Of a stretch of 64,000 nucleotides of DNA, positions 46,589 to 56,561 are shown piece by piece (position 1 is the first letter of the stretch; each line of letters opens with the position of its first letter). A program made the position numbers and the translations under genes. The notes beneath the pieces were generated by a model, which saw nothing but the letters and a program-made list of their open reading frames with translations, did no database searches and had not been told where the DNA came from. Source of the stretch: Litorimonas sp. (lineage in GTDB: Bacteria; Pseudomonadota; Alphaproteobacteria; Caulobacterales; Maricaulaceae); NCBI GenBank assembly GCA_965205225.1, contig CBDBFZ010000001.1:24906-88905 (forward strand). Reading direction: 5' to 3'.

Positions 46589-48792
46589 TGCGCCTCATCG
46601 CATTCCCTCCCCGTAAAATTCTGACTGGTCTGGTCTGCGCCTCCGTCATGGTCGCTCAGTTTGCGGCCGCCGCCATTCCGCGGCAGCAAAGCACGGTCTC
46701 GACCTGGGCCGGCACGACCCGCATGGTCTCGGCCGAATCTGGCTCCCGCTTCCCGGGCCGCTGGGATCCGAACCGGGTCCCATATCTCAACGCCATTATG
46801 GACGCATGCGGCCCGCAGGACCCGTCACAGATCATCGCCATCCCCGGCTCCGCCCAGTCTGGCAAATCCGAAGTCGCGCTGAACACCATTGGCCGCGCGA
46901 TCGAGGAGGACCCGATGGGCATCCTCGTCGTCCTTCCGACCCACACAGAGGCCGCAAAATGGTCTGAAATCAAGCTGGAGCCGATGATCTCGGCCACGCC
47001 AGAGCTCGTCCGCCGCGTCTATTCCCGCCACGGCGAAAAACGCAGTTCTCAATCGCGCAAGAAATTTCGCGACGGCTTTCTTCAAATCGCCTCGGCCAAC
47101 GCCACTGCCAATCTGCAGATGATCTCGGTCGGCTTGATTGTTGATGAGGAGGTCAGCGAGTGGCCGCTTCCCGATCCCGATGATGATCGCGGCGATCCTT
47201 TCGATCAGGCACAGGCCCGCGGAACTATTTATGGCGAATCGCTCAAAACCATCGTCCCGTCGACCCCGGGCAAAATCGGTGCCTGCCGCGTCTCGGCCCT
47301 GTACGCTGTCGGCACGCAGCATCGCTGGGTCTGGACCTGCCCGCATTGCGGCGATGGGTTCATCCCGCGCTTTGCCCACCTGGTCCGTACCGGCTCGGGC
47401 ACGACGGCTCGGGTTGATCTCGCCCCGCCTTGCTGCGGGGTTCTGATCGGGCACGCTCATAAAACAGCGATGAACCTGTCCGGCCGCTGGGTCCCGACCT
47501 TCCCCTCCGAAAACCCGAACAATCCGGCCCCGGCCGCCAAACCCAATCCGAAAGACCCTTCTGACAGGCGCCTCGCCGACGTCATCCCCGCCGCCGATAT
47601 TGACGCGGCGGTGGCCCGGGATTGTGAGGGGCGGGATAAAAGTTTCCACATTTGGCAGGGTATCTCGCCCTTCTCGACCTGGACGATCATCCACCGCAAA
47701 TATCGCGAGGCCAAAGGTGATCCGGCCAAGATGATCGCTTTTACGCAGCAGGTTTTGGGCGAAGCCTATGACGCGGAGATGGACACGCCAGATTATGAAC
47801 GCCTGTTCGAAATGGCTGGCGGCGCGCCTAACATCAAAACTTCGCCCGTTCGCCGCGGCATTGTTCCCACCTGGGCTAGCTTCCTGACCGCCGCGGCAGA
47901 CCTGCAGGGTGACCGCTTCGAGTGGGCCGTCTATGCCTGGGGTCCAGGCCCGCGAGGCGCTTGTATTGATCACGGCGTCATTGACACGCCCCCGCTACAG
48001 CCCTCTGGCTGGCGCGATCTGCGCGCCGTCTATGCGCGCGAATATGCCTCGCCCCATCTACGCCCGCAAATGGCGCGCAGAATGGGCACAGATACGGGTG
48101 GCCATGATACCCAGGCGGCCTACCGCTTTATCGTGGGCAATCCAGACGTGATCGGCTTGAAGGGTATGACGGGCCCCAATGCCCGGTTTGAGCCGCTGCA
48201 TCAACCCTCGCGCAAAGGTGGCCGCCTAAAATCCCGCGACGGGGCGACGGCGCTGCGCGTCCCGCTCACCCTGCTCAACACGCATAAGCTTAAAAAATAT
48301 GTCTATTCAGGGCTCGATAATGCGCTGATGGCCTATGATGCGGGTACTATTGGGGAGGGGCTACACCTCTTCTTCCACGACGAAATCGAAGCTGAATTTA
48401 CACAGCAAATAACCGCTGAACAGCTGATCGTCGACCCGGTCCGCAATCAGGAAAAATGGGTCAAAACGGCCTCACGTCCGAATGAACAGCTCGACCTCGC
48501 CGTCTACAACCTATCACTCTCCATCCAATTCGGCCTGTTCCGAATGACGACGGATGATTGGGAAACCCTGTTTTTGCGCGAAGCGTCAGACCCCGCCACC
48601 CTAGACCTGACGCCGCTCGAATTACTCGCCCGCGAAGAGGCCGACACCCCCGCCCCGCTGCCCCGCCAGAGCGACAAAGACGCTGCTGACGGCCCCAAAA
48701 TCCCGGACTGGTTGCGCCGCCAGATCGATATGAACAAAGGCGCGTCCCAATTGCCCAAGCCCAGCTCGCCAAAATCGGGGCCGTCATCATGA
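46588..48792 (+). CDS. Terminase large subunit (lambda GpA family)
   Basis: 734 aa. Walker A-like PGSAQSGKSE, then ...IVDEEVSEWP... (Walker B-like) and a zinc-ribbon-like WTCPHCGDGF. Size and position are as for GpA. Confidence 0.85.
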   Translation: MRLIAFPPRKILTGLVCASVMVAQFAAAAIPRQQSTVSTWAGTTRMVSAESGSRFPGRWDPNRVPYLNAIMDACGPQDPSQIIAIPGSAQSGKSEVALNTIGRAIEEDPMGILVVLPTHTEAAKWSEIKLEPMISATPELVRRVYSRHGEKRSSQSRKKFRDGFLQIASANATANLQMISVGLIVDEEVSEWPLPDPDDDRGDPFDQAQARGTIYGESLKTIVPSTPGKIGACRVSALYAVGTQHRWVWTCPHCGDGFIPRFAHLVRTGSGTTARVDLAPPCCGVLIGHAHKTAMNLSGRWVPTFPSENPNNPAPAAKPNPKDPSDRRLADVIPAADIDAAVARDCEGRDKSFHIWQGISPFSTWTIIHRKYREAKGDPAKMIAFTQQVLGEAYDAEMDTPDYERLFEMAGGAPNIKTSPVRRGIVPTWASFLTAAADLQGDRFEWAVYAWGPGPRGACIDHGVIDTPPLQPSGWRDLRAVYAREYASPHLRPQMARRMGTDTGGHDTQAAYRFIVGNPDVIGLKGMTGPNARFEPLHQPSRKGGRLKSRDGATALRVPLTLLNTHKLKKYVYSGLDNALMAYDAGTIGEGLHLFFHDEIEAEFTQQITAEQLIVDPVRNQEKWVKTASRPNEQLDLAVYNLSLSIQFGLFRMTTDDWETLFLREASDPATLDLTPLELLAREEADTPAPLPRQSDKDAADGPKIPDWLRRQIDMNKGASQLPKPSSPKSGPSS

Positions 48793-49070
48793 CCGCCTCG
48801 CGCTGCAATCAGCTAAAAACAGAGATCGCCGAAGCCAGACAGGCGCTGGCAGAGAAACGTCTCGGCCACCAGGCGGTGCTGGTTCAAATGGGCCCAGAAG
48901 TGACCCGGTTCGCGGGTACTTCGATCAGCGCTATTCAGGCCCATATCGCCGATCTGGAATCCGAATTCACCGGCCTGTCTTGCCCTGCCTTACTGGGCGA
49001 GGCGGCAGCAGACACAATTCCCCGCCGCAAACGCCGCGGCCCCCTGCGCGGACCGATCGGGCGCCGCTAA
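48789..49070 (+). CDS. Head-tail joining protein (gpW-like)
   Basis: 93 aa, lying between terminase and portal as lambda W does. ...LKTEIAEARQALAEKRLGHQAVLVQMGPEVTRFAGTSISAIQAHIADLESE.... ATGA overlap with the terminase stop. Confidence 0.5.
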   Translation: MTASRCNQLKTEIAEARQALAEKRLGHQAVLVQMGPEVTRFAGTSISAIQAHIADLESEFTGLSCPALLGEAAADTIPRRKRRGPLRGPIGRR

Positions 49071-49076
49071 CTCGCC

Positions 49077-50729
49077 ATGACCTTATCATCGCAGACTCAG
49101 GCAACCGGCTTGTTTAAGCCTGATGGCCGCGCCGTGACCCGCTCTGACGTTGCCCGCGCCCGTGCTGCTGGCAAAGTTTCGGCCCTGACCTCCCGCAGCG
49201 CCTATCGCGGCGCCGGCGGATCGACACAGGAACTGGCCGTCTTCGATGCGCCCAATCTTTCCGCCAATGCGGCCAACCGCTGGGAGCGCCAACGCATTGC
49301 CGATCGCGCCCGTCAACTGGTGCGCGACGAAGCCGAAGCCGCCGCCGGCGTGCGCGAATCCGTCGGCATGGTCGTCGGATCGGGCTGGCGTCTGCGCTCA
49401 CTGCCGGACGCGCCCAGCCTCGGCATTAGCGAAGAGGACGCCAAAACCCTTGGCGATTCCATTGAACGCGTCGTCTCGACCTGGGCGACTGATCCGCTCC
49501 TGCGCTGCGATTTGGCGATGCGTCACGACTTTGGCGGCCTGCTCCGCCTGCTCTGGGGAGAATGGAAAACGGCGGGCGAGTCCCTGATCACGCTTAATCT
49601 GCGCGGCCGTTATAATCCACCACTCACCACCACCGTCAATGTGGTCGACACCGCCCGGCTCTCCACCCCGTCTGGCGAGATCGAAACGCGATTCCTTCAG
49701 GACGGCGTCGAAATGGACGCGGACGGCGCGCCGATTGCCTATCATATTCGCCGCGCTCATCCCGGTGATTTCGGCGTCTCCGCGCTCGACACCATGATCT
49801 GGGATCGGATCCCGCGTTTTTCAGATTATGGCCGCCCGGTCTGCGCCCACGGTTTTGAATCCAAACAGCCTGGCCAGGCTCGCGGTGTCTCGCCCTTCGC
49901 GCCGCTCATCGAAACCTTCATCATGATCGGCCAGTATAAATCGGCCGAACTGCAATCCGCCCTGATCAATGCGCTGTTCGGGGCCTTTGTCCGTTCGGGA
50001 TTTGATCCCCAATCTGTCGCCGAAATCCTTGGGGTCGGGGACAATAGCGGCATTGACCTGTCGACCTTCCAGGATGCGCGTTCGACCTTTTATGAAAACT
50101 CGCCCGTTGAATTTATGGGCACGCGCATCCCAGTCTTGATGCCCGGCGACAGCGTCGAGCTCAACACCGCCCCGCGCCAGGCATCCGCATTCGCAACCTT
50201 TTATCAGACGCTGATGCAGAGCGCCGCCGCACAGCTCGGCCTGTTCGAGGGCCAGATGACGGGTAATTTCAAAGGCATGAATTACTCCAACCTACGCGGC
50301 GCGTTCAATCAGGTCTGGAATCAGGTTTATGTGCAGCGCGCTGATTTTGGCAGCCAGATCGTCCGCCCCATCATCCTCGCCCTGATTGATGAAGCCGAAG
50401 ATCAAGGCCTGCTCGAAGTGCCGGCGGGCTGTGTTAATCTTTGGGATAATCCGGCGGCCTGGTGCCGCTCCGAATTTATTGGTCCGGCTCGCGGGCAGGT
50501 AGATCCCGAAAAAGAAGCGAAAGCCGAACTGCTCCGACTCGAAGGCAATCTCGACACGCGCACTGATATCGCCGCATCACATGGCCGGGATTTTGAAGAC
50601 CTTGTCCGGACTTGGGCGCGCGAAACCGCCTTTATGAAAGAACACGGTATCAACCCCGCAGTGCGCGAATCCGCGCTGGCCCCATCAAATCCGACTGATG
50701 CACCGCCCTTTGAAGGGGCCACGACCTAA
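49077..50729 (+). CDS. Portal protein (lambda family)
   Basis: 550 aa, directly after the W-like gene and before the protease. General resemblance to lambda-type portals. Confidence 0.82.
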   Translation: MTLSSQTQATGLFKPDGRAVTRSDVARARAAGKVSALTSRSAYRGAGGSTQELAVFDAPNLSANAANRWERQRIADRARQLVRDEAEAAAGVRESVGMVVGSGWRLRSLPDAPSLGISEEDAKTLGDSIERVVSTWATDPLLRCDLAMRHDFGGLLRLLWGEWKTAGESLITLNLRGRYNPPLTTTVNVVDTARLSTPSGEIETRFLQDGVEMDADGAPIAYHIRRAHPGDFGVSALDTMIWDRIPRFSDYGRPVCAHGFESKQPGQARGVSPFAPLIETFIMIGQYKSAELQSALINALFGAFVRSGFDPQSVAEILGVGDNSGIDLSTFQDARSTFYENSPVEFMGTRIPVLMPGDSVELNTAPRQASAFATFYQTLMQSAAAQLGLFEGQMTGNFKGMNYSNLRGAFNQVWNQVYVQRADFGSQIVRPIILALIDEAEDQGLLEVPAGCVNLWDNPAAWCRSEFIGPARGQVDPEKEAKAELLRLEGNLDTRTDIAASHGRDFEDLVRTWARETAFMKEHGINPAVRESALAPSNPTDAPPFEGATT

Positions 50730-50734
50730 ACACC

Positions 50735-52417
50735 ATGCCTGACATTGCCAACATCCCGCTCACCCTGACCCTGACAGGGCGTCCACTGCTGCTTTATCCG
50801 GGCGTCGTACCAGAGCTCAATGCCCGCCTGACCGACGCCCATCGCGGTCGGGCCGAACGCCGCACCGCACACCTAACCAATCGTGCCCTGCGCCGGGCCG
50901 CCCGCCAGGCTTCTCCATCGCCCGATGCCGCCGCACCGGCGACAGTCACGCTTGGCCTGCCGGACTCGGTCACCGCGCCCAATGCTAAACTGATCCTTAA
51001 TCCACAAGCAGATGAGGGCGACCCCGACTCCGCCGCCCCCTATCTCGCCATCATCGAAATAAACGGCCCTTTGCTCAACAAAGCCTGGCTGATGCAGGAT
51101 GACATGGGTCAGGCGATAATCTGCATGGACGGCTATGACCGGATCGAAGCCGCCGCCACTCGCGCTGTACTGGATGATCAATGCGCCGGCCTGCTGCTGG
51201 CTATCGACAGTCCGGGCGGACACGTCATGGGATGTTTTGAATGTGCCGATGCACTCCGTGCTTTGGATGCTGTTAAGCCGATCACGGCGCATACTGACGG
51301 CATGATGTGCTCCGGCGCTTACGCCATTGGCGCGGCGACTCGGCGCATCTCCGCTTCGCTCACCGCTTATATCGGCTCGGTCGGCGTCATATATGGGCGC
51401 GTCGACGAGACGGCGAAACTGGAGCAGGCCGGCATCCGCATTGATCTGATCACGTCAGGCCCGCAGAAAAGTTGGGGCTATCCCGAATCCAAAATGGATG
51501 AGGCCGAAGCCGCCGCGCTCCATACCGAAATCAATCAAATCGCGGACATGTTCGCAGACCGCGTCGCCGCCACCCGCCCGCTGGACTCCGCCGCCATTCT
51601 CGCCCTGGAGGCCGGGACCTGGATGGCTGGTGATGCGGTAACCCGCGGCCTGTCCGACGCCACCGAACGCAAAGACGCCGCGCTCGAAACCCTTGCTCAA
51701 ATTGCTCTCGCGCCGGCCCCCGTCCCGGCGGCGAATAGCCAATCTAACCCTGACGGGACCCCACCAACCGAAAAGGAGGCTTCGATGAAGTCCACGCTAA
51801 AACTTCGGGCGGCCCTGTCGGCCTCCCTGCTCGCCATTGCATCAGTGATGGCGACCAACCACCCCGCCGCGGCTGGTCTTGACAAGACCGCGCTCACCGC
51901 CGCCCTCAAGGCCGAAACAGAATCCACGGTTGATGCGATGGAGGATGATGAGATCGCCGCCGCCGCCGAGGAAGATACGGACGAAATGGAAGATGATGAT
52001 GACATCTCCGCTATGGATGAAGACGAAATGGATGATGATGAGGATGAGGATGTCTCCGCGACTAAGATCGCCGCGTCTCGCATCGCCCACGCCGCCCTCG
52101 CTCGCGTCAAGGCGTTATCCACGCCAAAATCGGCGCTCACCGATCAAATCGATCCGGCCACTGCCACCGCGATCCAGGCTCTGCCAGAGGCTAAAGGCCG
52201 AGACAGACAGGCAGCGGCCCTCTCCATCACGCCCGGCATGACGGTGGATAGTGCCCGGCGCATCCTCGGTGCGTCTGGTAAGGATAAGACCTCGCGTCTC
52301 GCCACAGTGCCGGACCCGAAAGTTGGTGCCGCCCCGCGCAGCTCCAAGGTCAGCCCCGCCGACGCCGCCCAACTGGCCAACGCCAAAGCGATCCGCGAAA
52401 AAGCGGGTCTCGCTTAG
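50735..52417 (+). CDS. Head maturation protease (S49/ClpP-like, lambda gpC-like) fused to a scaffold domain
   Basis: 560 aa. The N-terminal half, ...LLLAIDSPGGHVMG...MCSGAYAIGAATRRI..., fits the S49 peptidase pattern. The C-terminal half is Ala-rich with an extreme acidic tract (MEDDEIAAAAEEDTDEMEDDDDISAMDEDEMDDDEDED). Confidence 0.8.
   Translation: MPDIANIPLTLTLTGRPLLLYPGVVPELNARLTDAHRGRAERRTAHLTNRALRRAARQASPSPDAAAPATVTLGLPDSVTAPNAKLILNPQADEGDPDSAAPYLAIIEINGPLLNKAWLMQDDMGQAIICMDGYDRIEAAATRAVLDDQCAGLLLAIDSPGGHVMGCFECADALRALDAVKPITAHTDGMMCSGAYAIGAATRRISASLTAYIGSVGVIYGRVDETAKLEQAGIRIDLITSGPQKSWGYPESKMDEAEAAALHTEINQIADMFADRVAATRPLDSAAILALEAGTWMAGDAVTRGLSDATERKDAALETLAQIALAPAPVPAANSQSNPDGTPPTEKEASMKSTLKLRAALSASLLAIASVMATNHPAAAGLDKTALTAALKAETESTVDAMEDDEIAAAAEEDTDEMEDDDDISAMDEDEMDDDEDEDVSATKIAASRIAHAALARVKALSTPKSALTDQIDPATATAIQALPEAKGRDRQAAALSITPGMTVDSARRILGASGKDKTSRLATVPDPKVGAAPRSSKVSPADAAQLANAKAIREKAGLA
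51785..52417 (+). CDS. Nested in-frame scaffolding protein (Nu3-like) within the protease gene
   Basis: AAGGAGG (51773-51779) lies 5 nt upstream of an in-frame ATG at 51785. The arrangement parallels lambda C/Nu3. Confidence 0.45.
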   Translation: MKSTLKLRAALSASLLAIASVMATNHPAAAGLDKTALTAALKAETESTVDAMEDDEIAAAAEEDTDEMEDDDDISAMDEDEMDDDEDEDVSATKIAASRIAHAALARVKALSTPKSALTDQIDPATATAIQALPEAKGRDRQAAALSITPGMTVDSARRILGASGKDKTSRLATVPDPKVGAAPRSSKVSPADAAQLANAKAIREKAGLA

Positions 52418-52474
52418 CCCCCTGTCTGGGCCACGCGGCCCAGACCTCTCCCCATCTAATCAAGGACCCACATT

Positions 52475-52858
52475 ATGGCTTACCCTAGCGACAGCAGCAC
52501 GATACGCCGCAAACTCTCCGATTGGCTCAAATACGAAGCCGATCCCAATCATTGCCGAAACGAGGCCGTCCTCACCGCCCCGGCTGGAGGCTATGACCTG
52601 CAAACCGGCACGCTTCTGACCGGCGGTGACACGCCCGTCCCTTACGTCGAATCCGCGCCAAAGGCGGTCACAGGCATCCTCATCACGGATGTCAAAATCG
52701 ACGAAGACGATGACCTCCCCATTGCTCAGCTCAGAAGAGGTCCGGCCACGATCAATACCAATGAGATCAATATGCCCACCGCTTCGGCCAAAAATACCAC
52801 GGTCACCACCGCGCTAACCAAGCTTAACTTCAAGCTGGTGAAAGGCGTCGACGCCTAA
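52475..52858 (+). CDS. Head decoration protein (gpD-like)
   Basis: 127 aa, between the protease/scaffold and the major capsid. MAYPSDSSTIRRKLSDWLKYEADPNHCRNEAVL... resembles the decoration proteins of lambda-like phages. Confidence 0.6.
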   Translation: MAYPSDSSTIRRKLSDWLKYEADPNHCRNEAVLTAPAGGYDLQTGTLLTGGDTPVPYVESAPKAVTGILITDVKIDEDDDLPIAQLRRGPATINTNEINMPTASAKNTTVTTALTKLNFKLVKGVDA

Positions 52859-52942
52859 ATCCCGCTCACCCTGACCTTCTGGTCGGCGCGGCATCCCCCG
52901 CGCCGGCCTCAACCCTGCCCCCCTCCTTAGAAAGAAATCGCC

Positions 52943-53974
52943 ATGACTTTTCCCTTCAATATCAATCGCGTCGCCCAAGCGGTCGACGTTCTGCCCAATC
53001 TTTACAACCGCGTCGGCGAACTGGTTGGGTTTGAACCGATCCGCCAAGCCGAAACCACGGTCACCCTGATCCGCCGCAAAGGCGAAATCGTCTTGCTGGA
53101 TCCCATCGCTCGCGATGCGCCCCGGCAAGAACTGGACGGTGAAGATGAAACCTCGCTCAGTTTTGTCGTCCCTTCGCGTAAAATTGGTGCGACCCTCACG
53201 CCCAGCGATATTCAAAATATCACCGCCTTCGCCCCAGGCGAGCGTCAACTCGAACAGATGAGCTCGGCCTATAATCGGAAATTGATGCGCGTGCGCCAAC
53301 CGCATGACATCACATTCGAACATATTCGGATGGGCGCGATTAAAGGCCTGATCAAATCGCCCAAAGGCACGACCATGTATGATTTGTTCGGCGTGTTTGA
53401 TGTGCCAAAAAAGGTCATTACGGTCGATCTCACGGATGACGGTTTCGACATCCTCGCCATCACGGAACAAATTGCCGATCATATTGGCAATAATCTGCAT
53501 GGCGAAACGGCTACGGGCATCCACGCCCTCGTCGATTCGGCTGCCATTCGCCAGCTGCGCACGCATAAGAGCTACCAGAAATATCTGGACGGTCATGCCG
53601 CATCGCTGGAACAGTTGGCCGCCTCGCGGGCGACGGTCACCAGCCCAAATAATCAGCGCTCGCTATTGGTCGATGGCGTGATCCTCGAAGGCTATTCGGG
53701 TCAGGCGAAGAACTCCGCCGGCACGAACGTCAAATTCATTGATGACAATCGCGGTCACGTCTTTCCAACCGGGACGACGACCATGTTCTCGGATGTGGAT
53801 GTGCCGGCCAACCGGACCGATGAGGTCAATGTTGCCCCGTCGACCGAGATCAAAATCTATCCGTATGAATTGCCGCAAGGTAAGGGCTTCGATCTGGACA
53901 CGGAAAGCAACAAAATGGCCTTCTGTAACCGGCCCGAGGCGCTGATCGAGCTGCAATTCACCCTGGCTGCCTAA
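52943..53974 (+). CDS. Major capsid protein (lambda gpE family)
   Basis: 343 aa. ...LPNLYNRVGELVGFEPIRQAETTVTLIRRKGEIVLLDPIARDAP...TPSDIQNITAFA... fits the gpE-like pattern. It is followed by a strong terminator. Confidence 0.8.
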   Translation: MTFPFNINRVAQAVDVLPNLYNRVGELVGFEPIRQAETTVTLIRRKGEIVLLDPIARDAPRQELDGEDETSLSFVVPSRKIGATLTPSDIQNITAFAPGERQLEQMSSAYNRKLMRVRQPHDITFEHIRMGAIKGLIKSPKGTTMYDLFGVFDVPKKVITVDLTDDGFDILAITEQIADHIGNNLHGETATGIHALVDSAAIRQLRTHKSYQKYLDGHAASLEQLAASRATVTSPNNQRSLLVDGVILEGYSGQAKNSAGTNVKFIDDNRGHVFPTGTTTMFSDVDVPANRTDEVNVAPSTEIKIYPYELPQGKGFDLDTESNKMAFCNRPEALIELQFTLAA

Positions 53975-54000
53975 GTCTGCTCGCCAGGACAGACATTCAA

Positions 54001-54037
54001 AGCCCGCCGGTCTCAAGAGTTTCCGGCGGGCTTTTTA
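54001..54037 (+). terminator. Rho-independent terminator after the major capsid gene
   Basis: AGCCCGCCGG (54001-54010), a 12-nt loop, CCGGCGGGCT (54023-54032), then TTTTT. Confidence 0.7.
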
Positions 54038-54109
54038 AGCCTGTCTCTCATCCCAAATCCAACCAGCGAACAGACCTCGTAGACGACGTCTACGAGGTTC
54101 CTCCAATCC

Positions 54110-54586
54110 TTGAAAGGACTGACCATGAAATATCGATTTAAGACCGATTGGGCCGACAAGACTATGCGCGGCGAAGGCAAGGGTGCCCGCGAAATTGCGC
54201 GGAATGAATATCAGGCCGGCGTGTCCTATTCGCTTGATGCCGACACGCACGCCCGTGCCGAAGCCGCCGGCGTTCTCGGCGATGGGACCCCGCGCCCGCA
54301 GGCCCTCTCTCTGCCTGAGGCCGATATCCGCAAAATGCTCAAGGATGACCTGCTCGACTTCGTCCTTAATGGCGGCACGGTCGACACGTCTAGGATTGAG
54401 GCGGCCGAAGCTGCGCGGGATTCTGCTCTGGCCGAACGAGACGCGGCCCGTAAGGCCCTCGAATCTGCCGGCATCGAGGCCAGGGCTCTGATCGACGCCT
54501 GGAATTACGGCACGGATGAGGCGGCACATGCCCGCAATCTCACCGATATCACTGCTGCGCTTCATTTGGCCAAAAAATCCGCCTAG
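54110..54586 (+). CDS. Hypothetical phage head-associated protein
   Basis: 158-aa ORF in the head-completion position. GC3-rich codon use matches its neighbours. No family recognised. Confidence 0.4.
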   Translation: MKGLTMKYRFKTDWADKTMRGEGKGAREIARNEYQAGVSYSLDADTHARAEAAGVLGDGTPRPQALSLPEADIRKMLKDDLLDFVLNGGTVDTSRIEAAEAARDSALAERDAARKALESAGIEARALIDAWNYGTDEAAHARNLTDITAALHLAKKSA

Positions 54587-54616
54587 TCGAGCCTCCGGCT
54601 CACTTCCGGCCTGATC

Positions 54617-55024
54617 ATGACCACCCCCGCCCCAACCCCGCGCCAGCGCGCCGCCGCCCGCGCGCTGGATTCGGTCTATCGTCATTTCGGCCTGCCGGCT
54701 CAGCTTGTGCTGATCGCGGCGTCGGGCCTGGTCACCGTGCCTGTGATCGCCAAACTGCGTGTCAGCGAGGCGGAAGAGAGCGTGGACGGAGCCAAAATCG
54801 AAGCACAGGTCAAGGGTTATGCCTGCCAGATCCGCACGGCCGACCTGACGGATGTGACGGTGCCATATCTGCGCGGACGGCTGGAGCTGCTGGCGGGTCA
54901 CAGCTTTGACGGGTTTGACGCCTTTGCCATTGGCGCCGAGCCGCGCAGCCTCGGCCGGGACGGGCTGCAGAAACTGTTCAAACTCTCCGCCGCGCCTGCC
55001 ATTGCGGCCGAGGATCAAGCCTGA
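54617..55024 (+). CDS. Putative head-tail connector/adaptor protein
   Basis: 135 aa. Called by position only. Confidence 0.35.
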   Translation: MTTPAPTPRQRAAARALDSVYRHFGLPAQLVLIAASGLVTVPVIAKLRVSEAEESVDGAKIEAQVKGYACQIRTADLTDVTVPYLRGRLELLAGHSFDGFDAFAIGAEPRSLGRDGLQKLFKLSAAPAIAAEDQA

Positions 55025-55725
55025 TGACCGATTTCAAACTCGTCATTCGCGGCGATCTGCAGAAAACACTGGCCTCCCGCCAAAACGCCCATCTGAATGG
55101 TCTGCTGGCCGGGTCAAAAGAGGCGGCCAATCTGACCAAGGCCGCGCTGCGCCGTGATGTTCTGGCGGCGGGGCTTGGCAAACGCGTGGCCAACACGATG
55201 CGCGTTGATATCTATCCTAAATCGGGGCGGTCCTACTCTCCTACTGTGCGGATCTACTCCAACGCCCCCCACATCACGGTTGCCCATGCCGATGGCCCGA
55301 CCGTGCGCCCGGAATTTTCCGACTTCATGCCGATCCCGATTGACGGCTCGCCCGCTGACGGGCTGCGGCGGCGGCGCGGGGAGACCTTGATCGACGCGTT
55401 CTGGCGCCGCTACGGCAAAGACAGTCTGCGCCTGATCAAGCGCAAAAACGGTGCCTATCAAATGGTCGCTCGGCTGCGCGCCAATGTGGCCGGCACGCGC
55501 TTCACAGGCGTGCGCTCGACCCGGCGTAAGGACGGTACGCAATATACGCGTCTGGCGCGCATTAGCTCGGTCCCCGTCTTCACCTTGGTCAAATCGGTGC
55601 GCCATCGCCGCCGCCTCAATAGCCGCCAGATTATGGCCAAGGCGCAGCGCCGCCACCCCGCCCGATTGGCCTATCATATACAACAACAGATGACCCGCTC
55701 CGAAGAGGCCACGGCCATCCGATGA
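55024..55725 (+). CDS. Putative head-tail joining protein (DUF6441-like pattern)
   Basis: 233 aa. MTDFKLVIRGDLQKTL...AAGLGKRVANTMRVDIYPKSGRSYSPTVRIYSNAPHITVAHADGPTVRP.... ATGA-type overlap with the upstream ORF. The family call is from memory. Confidence 0.4.
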   Translation: MTDFKLVIRGDLQKTLASRQNAHLNGLLAGSKEAANLTKAALRRDVLAAGLGKRVANTMRVDIYPKSGRSYSPTVRIYSNAPHITVAHADGPTVRPEFSDFMPIPIDGSPADGLRRRRGETLIDAFWRRYGKDSLRLIKRKNGAYQMVARLRANVAGTRFTGVRSTRRKDGTQYTRLARISSVPVFTLVKSVRHRRRLNSRQIMAKAQRRHPARLAYHIQQQMTRSEEATAIR

Positions 55726-55750
55726 CGATTCTGATCCGGATGCTGACGTC

Positions 55751-56308
55751 ATGACCTCACCGCCTTTGGCCTATGCTGGGGCCGGCCATACGCGCAATGC
55801 TGCGCGCGGCGCGCTCGCGGCCCTGCTGACAAGTCACGATTTCGGTGACTTTAAGGCTGTCCGCTCCGCCTATGGCGATGACGCCGCCGCATGGCCGCCC
55901 ATAGACAATACCGTCCCGCTGGTCGCCCCAATTAGAATCGATAATCCCAAAGATATTGAGTGGGGCGGCGTGTCCGGGATCTATACGCGCCTAGCCGTGA
56001 TCTCCGAAAAACTTACGCCCGAAGCTTTTCTCGGCGGGCAGGGGGCCGAACTCACCTTTGATCTGGCGATTGACTGGCTGGTCGTCGCCAGCGGAGAGGT
56101 GGATGACTGGCGCGATCCCGTCTTTGACGCCGTGCTCGGCCAGATCGGCCTGATTCTGCATGAGCAGATGCGCGCCCCAAATCTCGCCTTCATCTCGCTT
56201 TCTGTTGGTGAGGTCGATCTGATGCAATTCGATATCGGCGATCAATCCGTCTCCTCCGTCTCCATCCCCGTCACCCTCATGCTGGATAGTAACTCCCTGA
56301 TGGGCTGA
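55751..56308 (+). CDS. Putative tail completion protein
   Basis: 185 aa. Called by position only. Confidence 0.35.
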   Translation: MTSPPLAYAGAGHTRNAARGALAALLTSHDFGDFKAVRSAYGDDAAAWPPIDNTVPLVAPIRIDNPKDIEWGGVSGIYTRLAVISEKLTPEAFLGGQGAELTFDLAIDWLVVASGEVDDWRDPVFDAVLGQIGLILHEQMRAPNLAFISLSVGEVDLMQFDIGDQSVSSVSIPVTLMLDSNSLMG

Positions 56309-56561
56309 CGCCCCGCCCAAATCCGAAAGGCCCGATCATGACATCCCGAAAATCGCCCACGCCGCCAACCCAACAGATAGAATTGGCCAGGCCGCATATT
56401 CTGGCCGATGGCTCGCTCGCCACTTTCAAGCCGAGCCAGGCACCGAAAGGCGCGCGGATCGCGACAAAAAAAGACCTCGCCATCGCGGGGGTCCAGTCCC
56501 CCCACAAACCGCGGCGCTGATCACCGCTCACTTCCACCCGCTGCAATAAAGGATTTCTCTC

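Noticed and set aside
46825-47973. 382-aa minus-strand ORF
   Set aside because: It is antisense to the GpA-type large terminase. Its Arg/Gly/Asp/Ala-rich composition is typical of shadow frames.
51697-52140. 147-aa minus-strand Ser-rich ORF
   Set aside because: It is the complement of the GAT/GAA/GAG-rich acidic tract of the scaffold domain. Antisense low-complexity artefact.
52814-53596. 260-aa minus-strand ORF
   Set aside because: It is antisense to the gpE-like major capsid gene.
54035-55018. 327-aa minus-strand ORF
   Set aside because: It lies opposite three co-oriented, translationally coupled phage ORFs. It would also start inside the capsid terminator. Shadow frame.
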